A stretch of DNA of 44,973 nt from an uncultured bacterium (GTDB lineage Bacteria; Planctomycetota; Planctomycetia; Gemmatales; HRBIN36). Each line of letters opens with the position of its first letter. The stretch's first letter is position 1. The translations under genes and the position numbers were made by a program. Below, piece after piece: positions 8,816 to 17,235 of the stretch. A model generated the notes under the pieces. The model saw only the letters and a program-made list of their open reading frames with translations. It made no database searches and was not told the origin of the DNA. The stretch is from positions 1-44,973 of the forward strand of contig CALLZJ010000359.1 in NCBI GenBank assembly GCA_937858435.1, written 5' to 3'.

Positions 8816-9013
8816 TCAGGGCCCGATGTAGTAGGGGCCTAAGCTGGGCGCGTCGGGCTGATCCACTTCCATGATCCAAGGAAAGACCCTGCAGTTTGGT
8901 AGATGCTCCTTCAACTCCTGTAGCCCCGCGTCCATCACCTCTATGGCGATGAGCGAGAGCGATTGCAACCCTTGTTCTCGCGGCGGGTTGGCACGGCGTG
9001 GCAAGTACGCCAC
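8816..9013 (-). pseudogene. possible remnant of the C-terminus of a leucine-rich-repeat protein
   Basis: The translation ends ...LSLIAIEVMDAGLQELKEHLPNCRVF, which resembles the typical LRR C-terminal ending (xTDAGLxELxxALPNCxI). No credible N-terminus or SD. Sits in a 600-nt gene-poor stretch. Confidence 0.25.
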
Positions 9014-9388
9014 ACCGTGGCACGGCCAGCGGCGGGGTCGGGGTTGATGTCACTCACAACCGACGACGCGAACCCACCTCCAAGTTGGTAGGGTGGGGGC
9101 AGGTCGCCGATCTGAAGGTGGAAGGTGCGCCCAAAGGTCCGGTCGGCAGTCAGACTCTGGAACCGGCGGGCGCTTTGGGAGCGAGCGCCGGCGCTTCGCC
9201 AGAGTCGGCCACGAAGTCCGCAGACAGGCCGGCACCGCGGTGAACTGTGCGAAATCACTCGAAAAGTGGCATTCGGAGGCCGCTTGAGAACGCCTGGCAA
9301 CCCCGTGGAGGCCCCCTGGGACCCCCGTGGCGAAGCGTAGCGGACGCGCCCAGACGCGTGGCGAGCAGTCAGGCGCGGCAGAAAGGAG

Positions 9389-9459
9389 CTGGGGAACTAG
9401 GATTCGAACCTAGACTAACTGATCCAGAGTCAGTCGTGCTACCGTTACACCATTCCCCA
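9389..9459 (-). tRNA. tRNA-Gln (anticodon CUG)
   Basis: The reverse complement folds as a cloverleaf: acceptor TGGGGAA/TTCCCCA, D stem GTGT/GCAC, anticodon stem ACTGA/TCAGT with loop CT-CTG-GA, T arm CTAGG-TTCGAAT-CCTAG, discriminator G. CCA is not encoded. Confidence 0.9.
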
Positions 9460-9471
9460 GGAAGCTAGGCC

Positions 9472-9499
9472 ATTTTACCGTCGGCTGGGATTCTGACAA
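9472..9499 (-). promoter_or_regulatory. candidate sigma-70-type promoter for tRNA-Gln
   Basis: Minus strand reads TTGTCA-N16-TAAAAT, ending 12 nt upstream of the mature tRNA 5' end. Located in the 58-nt gap after the ppx stop. Confidence 0.35.
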
Positions 9500-9517
9500 G
9501 CCGGTTTGGCCGGGGGT

Positions 9518-11119
9518 TCACGTGGATCGGCCGGCCAGTTCCGGCTGGGGTTCAGCCGCGTCGGCCGCCTCCGGGCAGGGCGACCAGACCAGTTCGAGCT
9601 TCCGATCAAAGACCCGTTCAAACAGTCGGCCCTTCTGTGTCGCCCCCCAGAGGTCCACCTCGGGCTCGGTGGTACTTTGCACCTCGATGCGCACCGTGCC
9701 GTTGTCCACCTGGGCCTGCACGCCACGGATGCGCTGGGTGTGGGAGCGGTCCAGTCCGTCGGCCACGCGGAGCAGGGCACTCATGCGGCGGACGGCGGCC
9801 TGTTCGGCCGGTGCGAGCCGGCCGTAGGCCGCGTGCTTGCTCTTGGGCTCTGCCTTGCGGTGGTAACGGGCGATGTTGGCGATCAGTTCACGCTGCTGCG
9901 TCGAGATGCCGGTCAGGTTGCCATGCTTGATCAAGTGGTAGCTATGCTGATGGTGCTTTTCATAGTTGATGAGCGACCCGATCTCATGGAGCCAGGCGGC
10001 GGACTCGAGCAGGAACCGCTCCTGGGGCGGCAGGCCGAGCGGCTGCTGAAGCTGGTCGAAGAGCATTCCCGCCAGCCGGGCCACCTGGCCGGCGTGGGCG
10101 GGCTCATAGCGGCAAGCGGCGCCGAACTGCTGAATGACTTCGATCGGGGAGAGCTTGTCGCCGCCCGGGGTGCGGCGGCCGAACTGCTCTTCGATCATGG
10201 CGCGGATGAGCCCGTCGCGGACGCCCTTGTCGTGGACAAGCAAGCGGTTGATGTGAAGCCACTTCATCAGCCGCTCGATGACGGCGACGCCGGCGATGAT
10301 GATATCGGCTCGGTCGGCGTGAAGGCCGGGCACGCTCCGGCGTTCCGCCAAGGGCAGCATCATGAGCAGGTCGAGCACGTGGCGAACTTCGCTGCGATTG
10401 AGGGCGAAGCCGGCTACCGGCCGTTCATCCAGCCCACGCAGCCGCATGACCATGTTGGCCAGGGCGGAGAAGGTGCCGCCGGCCCCGGTCATCAGGTGGG
10501 GCAGGAAGGTAGGTTCGCTGACCTTTTCGGTGTAGAGCTTCTTGACCCGCTTGCGCAGGGCGCGCAGTTCCGACTTGGCGGGAGGATCGGATTGGAGATA
10601 GGCCTCGGTCAGGCGGACCGCACCGGCGGGCAGAGAGACGATCTCCTCGATGTTGCCAAGGGCGGCAAAGACCAGTTCGCAACTGCCGCCCCCCAGGTCG
10701 CAGTGAAGCACGTGCTGATCGTGCAAGTCGTAATGGGCGGCAACGCTGCGGTAGGAGAACTCACCTTCGTCCGTGGCGGAGATGATCTCGATTTCCAGAC
10801 CGGTCTGTTGCTCGACGGCTCGGATGCAGTCGGCGCGATTATCGGCGTCGCGCATGGCACTGGTGGCGATTACGCGGAGCCGGTCGACCTGGTAACCCTG
10901 GACGATGCTCTTCATGCGGCGCAGGGCGTCGATCGTGTGGATGACGGCTTCCTGGGCGAGCTGACCGGTCGTGGCCAGTCCGTGGGCCAGGCGCGTGGTT
11001 TCTTTGTGGTCGTCCAGGATGCGATAGTCGCCCTGGGGGCTGGCCTCGACGACCATGAGGCGCACGGAGTTCGAGCCGATGTCGATGGCGGCAAGGCGTT
11101 TGACCGGTTCAGCGGCCAC
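9518..11119 (-). CDS. ppx: exopolyphosphatase / guanosine pentaphosphate phosphohydrolase (Ppx/GppA family with C-terminal HD domain, 533 aa)
   Basis: N-terminal ASKHA motif LAAIDIGSNSVRLMVVE, DLGGGSCELV, and an HD-domain region (HEIGSLINYEKHHQHSYHLI). GTG start with AGGAG 6 nt upstream. Confidence 0.9.
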   Translation of the reverse strand: MAAEPVKRLAAIDIGSNSVRLMVVEASPQGDYRILDDHKETTRLAHGLATTGQLAQEAVIHTIDALRRMKSIVQGYQVDRLRVIATSAMRDADNRADCIRAVEQQTGLEIEIISATDEGEFSYRSVAAHYDLHDQHVLHCDLGGGSCELVFAALGNIEEIVSLPAGAVRLTEAYLQSDPPAKSELRALRKRVKKLYTEKVSEPTFLPHLMTGAGGTFSALANMVMRLRGLDERPVAGFALNRSEVRHVLDLLMMLPLAERRSVPGLHADRADIIIAGVAVIERLMKWLHINRLLVHDKGVRDGLIRAMIEEQFGRRTPGGDKLSPIEVIQQFGAACRYEPAHAGQVARLAGMLFDQLQQPLGLPPQERFLLESAAWLHEIGSLINYEKHHQHSYHLIKHGNLTGISTQQRELIANIARYHRKAEPKSKHAAYGRLAPAEQAAVRRMSALLRVADGLDRSHTQRIRGVQAQVDNGTVRIEVQSTTEPEVDLWGATQKGRLFERVFDRKLELVWSPCPEAADAAEPQPELAGRST

Positions 11120-11341
11120 GAGATACTCCTGGAGACCGATTCCGTTCTACAGATAGAGTACCTGACCAGCCCGGGGACGGGAATCGGCCACACAGAAACT
11201 TTAAAGAGTGGAGTGCGGGACCCAGCGGCGGCAGACCGCCACAGGCCCGGGCAGTCCATACCCTGAACCAGGATCGGTGCCATTTGTCTTTGGAAGGGAG
11301 GCAAGCCCGTTGTGAGGGCGGCCTCCGAGAGGGTCAAGCCC

Positions 11342-13609
11342 ATGCCGACCGTACGTCTGCCCGATGGTTCCACCCGTTCTTATGCTTCCGGCAGCCGCAT
11401 CCGCGACGTGGCCGCCAGCATCGGCAAGCGCTTGGCCGAGGCGGCGATCGCGGCCAAGGTGGATGGCCAGATTCGCGACCTGGATCGGGAGCTGCCCGAG
11501 ACTGAGGCGCCCGTCGAACTGGCCATTCTCACCGAGCGTGATCGAGACAGCCTGGACGTGCTCCGGCATAGTTGTGCCCATGTCATGGCCCGGGCAGTGA
11601 TGCGGCTCTTTCCCAAGGTCGAACTCGCCTTCGGGCCCACCATCGAGAACGGCTTCTACTACGACATCCGCTCCGACCCACCGATCCGGGAAGACGACTT
11701 CCCCCGGATCGAGGAGGAGATGAAGAAGATCATCGCGGAGGGCGAGCCCTTCGAACGGTTTGAACTGCCCTTCGCCCAGGCGCGGCAGTTGTGCGGCGAC
11801 ATGAGCCAGACCCTGAAGGTCGAGCATCTGGACGAAGGGCTAAAGGACCAGGCGACGCTGAGCTTCTACCGGCAGGGCGAGTTTGTCGACTTGTGCCGGG
11901 GCCCCCACATCCCCCATGCGGGCAAGATCGGGGCGTGCAAGGTGCTGAGCATCGCCGGGGCCTACTGGAAAAACGACGCCCGCCGGCCGCAGCTTCAGCG
12001 GCTCTATGGCACCGCCTTCTTCTCCAAGAAGGAGCTGGACCAGCACCTGGCTCTCATTGAAGAGGCCAAGAAGCGCGATCATCGGCTGCTCGGCAAGCAG
12101 CTCAAGCTCTTCACCATTAACCCGCAGCAGGTCGGCCCGGGGCTCATCCTCTGGATGCCGAAGGGAGCGATCGTACGGGGCCTGCTCGAGACTTTCATCC
12201 GCGACGAGCTGATCAAGCGTGGCTATCAGCCCGTTTACACGCCCCACATCGGCAAGCTGGACCTCTATCGGACCAGCGGCCATTTCCCCTACTACCGGGA
12301 TGCCCAGTATCAGCCGATCTACTTCAATGCCATCGCCGGCGCTCTCGACCTGGCCCAGTATCGCTTCGCGGCCAAGGACTGGGACGAGAAGAAGGAACTC
12401 AAGTTCCTGGAGCTGCTCGACATGGCGGGCTATCAGGTGCCGGGCTACCGGGAAGCTCAGACCGAAGAGCAGCGGCTTGAGGCCGTGCATGCGTCCATCA
12501 GTCATTTGATGCGGGGCGTGGAGTTGGACGTGCCGGGCTATGCCGACGCCCGCTCCTGGGCTGACCGGGCCAAGGCCCTCGGGCAATGGCTCGAGACCAA
12601 GGAAGGCTATCTCCTACGGCCCATGAACTGCCCGCATCACATCCAGATCTACAAGGCCACTCCCCACAGCTACCGGGACCTGCCGCTGCGGCTGGCGGAG
12701 TTCGGCACCGTCTACCGCTTCGAGCAGACTGGCGAGCTCTCGGGCCTGACCCGGGTTCGAGGCTTCACCCAGGATGATGCCCATCTCTTCATGACCCCCG
12801 ATCAGGTCGAAGCGGAACTGATTAGCAATCTCGATCTGGTCGTCTTCGTGCTGCAGAGCCTGGGGCTGGACCATTACCGGGTCCGGGTGGGGCTGCGCGA
12901 TCCGGCGAGCGACAAGTACGTGGGCGATCCGGCCGTCTGGAGCCGGGCCGAGGAGACGCTGCTGGCGACCGTGCAGAAGCTGGGGCTGAATTTCACGGCC
13001 GAGCCAGGCGAGGCGGCCTTCTACGGACCCAAGATCGACTTCGTGGTCCGCGACTGCATCGGCCGGGAGTGGCAGCTTGGCACCGTGCAGCTCGACTACA
13101 ACTTGCCGGAACGCTTTGGGCTGGAGTACATCGGCCCGGACAACGCCGCGCATCGGCCCGTGATGATCCACCGAGCGCCGTTTGGGTCGATGGAGCGGTT
13201 CATCGGCATCCTGATCGAGCACTTCGCCGGGGCCTTCCCGCTCTGGTTGGCGCCGGAGCAGGCCCGCCTGATGCCAGTGAGTGAGCGGTTCTCGGAGTAT
13301 GCCCACCAGGTCGAGGCGGAGTTGCGGGCGGCGGGACTGCGGGTCCAGGGCGACTACCGGCCGGAGAAGATCGGCTACAAGATTCGCGAGGCCCAGCTCG
13401 AGAAGATTCCCTACATGCTCGTCGTGGGGGAAAAGGAGCAAGCGGCCGGCAGCGTGGCGGTGCGCTGCCGGGTGGACGGCGACTTGGGTGCCAAGCCCAT
13501 CGCCGAGGTGATCGACATGTTGCGCGGCGAGGTGGCGGTCCGCCGGATTCGGCAGACCAGCTCGGCCAGCGTCAGCTTCGACGACCAGGGAGCCAAGTTT
13601 TCCGAGTAG
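11342..13609 (+). CDS. thrS: threonine--tRNA ligase (755 aa) with a lineage-specific insertion
   Basis: TGS domain start MPTVRLPDGS, editing-domain HSCAHVMA, class II motifs RPMNCPHH, FTQDDAHLF, FYGPKIDF, MIHRAPFGSMERFIGILIEH, and an anticodon-binding C-terminus. Confidence 0.95.
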   Translation: MPTVRLPDGSTRSYASGSRIRDVAASIGKRLAEAAIAAKVDGQIRDLDRELPETEAPVELAILTERDRDSLDVLRHSCAHVMARAVMRLFPKVELAFGPTIENGFYYDIRSDPPIREDDFPRIEEEMKKIIAEGEPFERFELPFAQARQLCGDMSQTLKVEHLDEGLKDQATLSFYRQGEFVDLCRGPHIPHAGKIGACKVLSIAGAYWKNDARRPQLQRLYGTAFFSKKELDQHLALIEEAKKRDHRLLGKQLKLFTINPQQVGPGLILWMPKGAIVRGLLETFIRDELIKRGYQPVYTPHIGKLDLYRTSGHFPYYRDAQYQPIYFNAIAGALDLAQYRFAAKDWDEKKELKFLELLDMAGYQVPGYREAQTEEQRLEAVHASISHLMRGVELDVPGYADARSWADRAKALGQWLETKEGYLLRPMNCPHHIQIYKATPHSYRDLPLRLAEFGTVYRFEQTGELSGLTRVRGFTQDDAHLFMTPDQVEAELISNLDLVVFVLQSLGLDHYRVRVGLRDPASDKYVGDPAVWSRAEETLLATVQKLGLNFTAEPGEAAFYGPKIDFVVRDCIGREWQLGTVQLDYNLPERFGLEYIGPDNAAHRPVMIHRAPFGSMERFIGILIEHFAGAFPLWLAPEQARLMPVSERFSEYAHQVEAELRAAGLRVQGDYRPEKIGYKIREAQLEKIPYMLVVGEKEQAAGSVAVRCRVDGDLGAKPIAEVIDMLRGEVAVRRIRQTSSASVSFDDQGAKFSE

Positions 13610-13793
13610 GTATTCGTAAGACCGCCCTAGCGATCTCGCCGTCTGTCGGTCGAGACGGCTGCATCCGTGCTTGCGTTCCGTCCGTACAAGACGACAATAG
13701 GACCTAATGCCTAGACGCACGGCATGAAGGCTGCGAGCGCCTCATTCGCGGCTCCTTGGACGTTCCTTCCCCTCATTTGCTCGGAGACTCGCC

Positions 13794-14384
13794 ATGTCCC
13801 AGTCCCCGCCTGTCGCCCCCGCCCCCATGGAGCGGCCCCGCCGTTCGCGCATTGCCTCCGGGGCCAAGGTGCTCTTCATCGTGCTGCTGCTGTTGGCGGC
13901 CGTGTTTCTGATTGGCGGCCTCTTCATTCTGGACGGGAAGTACGACGTGTCCCGCAGTATCACCATCAAGGCTAGCCCCGAGGCCATCCACGAACAGGTG
14001 GGCGACCTGCGCGCCTGGCCCAAGTGGCTTCCCTTCACCAAGCACGACACCTCCGTGGTGACGAAGATCGAACAGCCGACAGGCGTCGGTGCCAAGCAGA
14101 CCTGGACCGGGAAGAGCGGCAATGGCCGACTCGAATTCACGACCAGCAGCGCGGAGTCGGGCATCGAGTTTGACATGGTCTTTGACGAGAAGTACGCCAG
14201 CAAGGGGATGCTGAAGTACAAGGCGGCCGGGGCGGAGACCGAGGTGACGTGGCGCATGCAGGGTCAGAACGATGACCTGGTGGGGAAGTGGTTCGCGGCG
14301 GTCACGCCCTACATGATCGGGCCGATGTTCGAAGAAGGGGTACAGGACCTGAAGAAGCTGGTAGAGGGCGGCGCGACCAAGTGA
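13794..14384 (+). CDS. SRPBCC (polyketide cyclase/START-like) family protein with N-terminal membrane anchor (196 aa)
   Basis: TM segment VLFIVLLLLAAVFLIGGLFIL followed by the typical SRPBCC start (VSRSITIKASPEAIHEQVGDLRAWPKW). Confidence 0.7.
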   Translation: MSQSPPVAPAPMERPRRSRIASGAKVLFIVLLLLAAVFLIGGLFILDGKYDVSRSITIKASPEAIHEQVGDLRAWPKWLPFTKHDTSVVTKIEQPTGVGAKQTWTGKSGNGRLEFTTSSAESGIEFDMVFDEKYASKGMLKYKAAGAETEVTWRMQGQNDDLVGKWFAAVTPYMIGPMFEEGVQDLKKLVEGGATK

Positions 14385-14486
14385 CCCCTCGGTTGATGCG
14401 GTAGCGAGGGTCAGCGTCGAACTTCAGAGGGCGGAGTCCTGGATGAGTAGGGTAGAATGGATGTAGTAGCTCTGAAGGAGGCTGCC

Positions 14487-14729
14487 ATGGCCAGCCGGTT
14501 GGTTGAGGAACTGCGTAGTCACGGCTATCAGGCCGACCCGGAGGCGTTTCGAGAGACGCTGGCCGACGTCATGTTCAATGGGTACGGCAGTTGGACCATC
14601 GATGATCTGCTCTGCCATCCAGAAGACGCATTGGAGTATTGCCGAATGGTGCGTCAATTGACGGGAAGCGATTTGCCCGACGACTTGATTCTGAAGACGT
14701 TGCTCAATCTCCGCAAGCGGGGTTACTAG
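14487..14729 (+). CDS. small hypothetical protein, paralog A (80 aa)
   Basis: SD GAAGGAGG 5 nt upstream of ATG 14487. Shares DDLLCHPxxALxxCxxVR...LILKTLLNLRK with the next ORF. Confidence 0.55.
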   Translation: MASRLVEELRSHGYQADPEAFRETLADVMFNGYGSWTIDDLLCHPEDALEYCRMVRQLTGSDLPDDLILKTLLNLRKRGY

Positions 14730-14750
14730 CACTGCCACAGGGAGCCTGCC

Positions 14751-15083
14751 ATGAACAATCGTCTGTCTCGCGAGCTCTCGGCGCAGGGCTGCAAGCTCGA
14801 TGTGGACGCGTTCCGCGCTGTGCTCCTGGAGGAATTGGGAGACACGACCACGGACGATCTGCTGTGCCATCCCCACGAGGCACTAGCTTTCTGTGACCGC
14901 GTGCGGCGCCGGCTGGATTGCGCTCTGTCGACCACACTGATCCTGAAGACGTTGCTTAATCTGCGCAAGAACCGCCACCTACGGCTGGCACTCGGGGAGC
15001 CTGGCGTCCGAGTCACACCCAAGCCCGGGACCCTGCGGCTGCCCGATGCCTACTTTCCGCTGGTGGAGCCAAGCGGCCGATGA
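14751..15083 (+). CDS. small hypothetical protein, paralog B (110 aa)
   Basis: GGGAG 6 nt upstream of the ATG. About 45 percent identical to paralog A plus a roughly 30-aa tail. Its stop overlaps the next start (ATGA). Confidence 0.55.
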   Translation: MNNRLSRELSAQGCKLDVDAFRAVLLEELGDTTTDDLLCHPHEALAFCDRVRRRLDCALSTTLILKTLLNLRKNRHLRLALGEPGVRVTPKPGTLRLPDAYFPLVEPSGR

Positions 15084-15586
15084 TGTACGAAGTGCCGACT
15101 CCGGACGCCGCCGTGACGCAAGGTGACTTGTTCACCCAGTGCCCGATTGTCGAGGTGCGGGCAGTCGAAGGTGCCGACTCGGAGATCGAAGTGCTCAAGG
15201 GTTTCGGAAGCGTGGTCGAGCTGACCCAGGCTTGCGATCTGGCTCAGGGTAAGGTCACCCATGTCGTGGCGGCTCGGATCGCTGCCGCAGCCCTCCTCGT
15301 CGAGAGCGGCGTGCTCAAGGATCAACAAGTGCGCAATCAGATTCGGCGTCACCAGGTCTATGGTTGGTACTTCCTGCCCGCGGACTCCTGTTTGCCTGCC
15401 TGGCAGGAATCCCTGGTTGATCTGCGAAACCTGATCACCTTGCCGCTTACCATGCTGGGCCACCTGGCTGCGGCGGGTTGCCGTGTCGGACGGCTCTGTT
15501 CGCCGTACCGAGAACACTTATCCAAGCACTTTGCGGACACTTATGCCCGCATTGGGCTGCCTGAACCGTATACCACAGAGCCGTGA
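15080..15586 (+). CDS. hypothetical protein (168 aa), translationally coupled to paralog B
   Basis: ATGA start/stop overlap at 15080-15083. No assignable domain. Contains QGDLFTQCPIVEV, LTQACDLAQGK and RNQIRRH strings. Confidence 0.55.
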   Translation: MMYEVPTPDAAVTQGDLFTQCPIVEVRAVEGADSEIEVLKGFGSVVELTQACDLAQGKVTHVVAARIAAAALLVESGVLKDQQVRNQIRRHQVYGWYFLPADSCLPAWQESLVDLRNLITLPLTMLGHLAAAGCRVGRLCSPYREHLSKHFADTYARIGLPEPYTTEP

Positions 15587-15685
15587 CCCCTCGGTGCCGC
15601 GCGGCGGGACTCGGCGCAAGGACCGGGGTTGGCCAGCGAATCAAGGCGAGAGTGGTCGATCTGGACTCAAGAGGGGAATTGACCC

Positions 15686-17038
15686 ATGAACTGGTTGCGA
15701 AGCGGACTGGCGGTGGTTCTGTGCGGGAGCGGGCTGGCGGCTGCCGCGGCGGACGATTGGCCTCAGTGGCTGGGTCCGCAGCGCGACGGCATCTGGCGTG
15801 AGACCGGCATCCTGGAGAAGTTCCCCCCGGGCGGTCCGAAAGTGAAGTGGCGGGTAGCCATTGCGGGGGGCTATTCGGGCGTGGCGGTGGCCGGCGATCG
15901 GCTCATCCTCATGGATCGGCAGCTCGGCGAAGGGGCCAAGGTACAGGACGAAAAGGCTATCCCCCATCGCCCCCCGGGCAGCATCGCCGGGAATGAACGC
16001 ATTACCTGCTTCAACGCCCACACCGGCGAGCAGCTCTGGCAGCACGTTTACGACTGTCCCTACACGGTCTCCTATCCGGCTGGGCCGCGCTGTACGCCGA
16101 TCGTTGCTGGTGGCAAGGTCTACACCCTCGGCACCGAGGGGCATCTTCACTGCCTGGACCTCGTGAACGGTCGAGTCCTCTGGTCAAAGAACTTCAATAC
16201 CGACTACCAGGCGAAGGCGCCGCTGTGGGGGCATTCGGCCCATCCGCTCCTGGACGGCCAGCGGCTGATCTGCATGGTGGGCGGTCCTGGCTCGGCCGTG
16301 GTCGCTTTCGACAAGGACACCGGCGCGGAACTCTGGCGCAACCTGACGGCGCCGGAAGTAGGCTATTGCCCGCCAACACTCATCGAACTGGATGGCCAGC
16401 GGCAGCTTGTTGTCTGGCATGCCGCCGGCGTGAACGGCCTCGAACCCGAGAGCGGCAAGGAGCTCTGGGGCCATGCCTTCCGCACCTACCAGAACATGGC
16501 CATCGCCACGCCCCGCCTCGTGGGCGACAAGCTCTTCATCACCGGCTACCCGACGACGGCTTTTCTCTTCCGCCTGCAGTCCCAGCCACCCGCGGCCGAG
16601 ATCGTCTGGAAGGGGGACCGCAAGACGGGCTTCTTCAGTTGCTTCGCCACGCCGTTTGAAGTGGACGGCTACCTCTACGGCGGCGACAAGGGTGGTAAAC
16701 TGGTCTGCATCAAACTTGAAACCGGCGAGCGCATGTGGGAGAGCCTGGACTGGGCCGGCGGCCGTTCCCGTAACACCGGCGGCGATCTGTTCCTCACCCG
16801 AGTCGGCGCCTCCAACCGCTTCTTCATGTTCACCGAACTCGGTGATCTCTACATGGTCCGGCTCTCGCCCTCAGGACTGGAGGAGATCGACAAGGCCCAC
16901 CTGCTCGAACCCACGGGAGTCGGGTTCGGCAAGGACGTGGTGTGGAATGCGCCTGCTTACGCCCATCGCTGCATCTACGTCCGAAACGACAAGGAGCTGA
17001 TCTGCTTCTCCCTCGCAGCGGAGGCGGGCTCGGAGTAA
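15686..17038 (+). CDS. secreted PQQ-like beta-propeller repeat protein (450 aa)
   Basis: Signal peptide MNWLRSGLAVVLCGSGLAAAAA, then DDWPQWLGPQRDG. Repeated propeller blades of the form G.V(Y/L)...G.L.C(L/I)D...G..LW. Confidence 0.85.
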   Translation: MNWLRSGLAVVLCGSGLAAAAADDWPQWLGPQRDGIWRETGILEKFPPGGPKVKWRVAIAGGYSGVAVAGDRLILMDRQLGEGAKVQDEKAIPHRPPGSIAGNERITCFNAHTGEQLWQHVYDCPYTVSYPAGPRCTPIVAGGKVYTLGTEGHLHCLDLVNGRVLWSKNFNTDYQAKAPLWGHSAHPLLDGQRLICMVGGPGSAVVAFDKDTGAELWRNLTAPEVGYCPPTLIELDGQRQLVVWHAAGVNGLEPESGKELWGHAFRTYQNMAIATPRLVGDKLFITGYPTTAFLFRLQSQPPAAEIVWKGDRKTGFFSCFATPFEVDGYLYGGDKGGKLVCIKLETGERMWESLDWAGGRSRNTGGDLFLTRVGASNRFFMFTELGDLYMVRLSPSGLEEIDKAHLLEPTGVGFGKDVVWNAPAYAHRCIYVRNDKELICFSLAAEAGSE

Positions 17039-17235
17039 GGAAGCCCGCTGGCGGCGAGCGCGGGCTGCTTGACACCAGCCGGGCCGCCAGGTTGCCAGGC
17101 CTGGTCCGGCCCATCGCCTTTGCATGCTCGGTGCCTTCAGCCAGCCTGCTGAGTTTCATCACTTCTTTATGCGTGCTGGTTTGGGTTTGCCCTAGAGTAC
17201 ACGAGGGTTTCCAGTTCCGTTGGGGAGGCAGAACG

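Noticed and set aside
9506-11266. 586-aa plus-strand ORF
   Set aside because: It is a mirror frame of the Ppx/GppA gene, which has unambiguous ASKHA and HD motifs on the minus strand. The plus-strand ORF has no motifs or SD.
14424-14876. 150-aa minus-strand ORF spanning both small paralog genes
   Set aside because: It would run through the intergenic spacer of the plus-strand pair. The plus-strand ORFs each have an SD, and the second is ATGA-coupled to the next gene. Kept as a formal alternative only.
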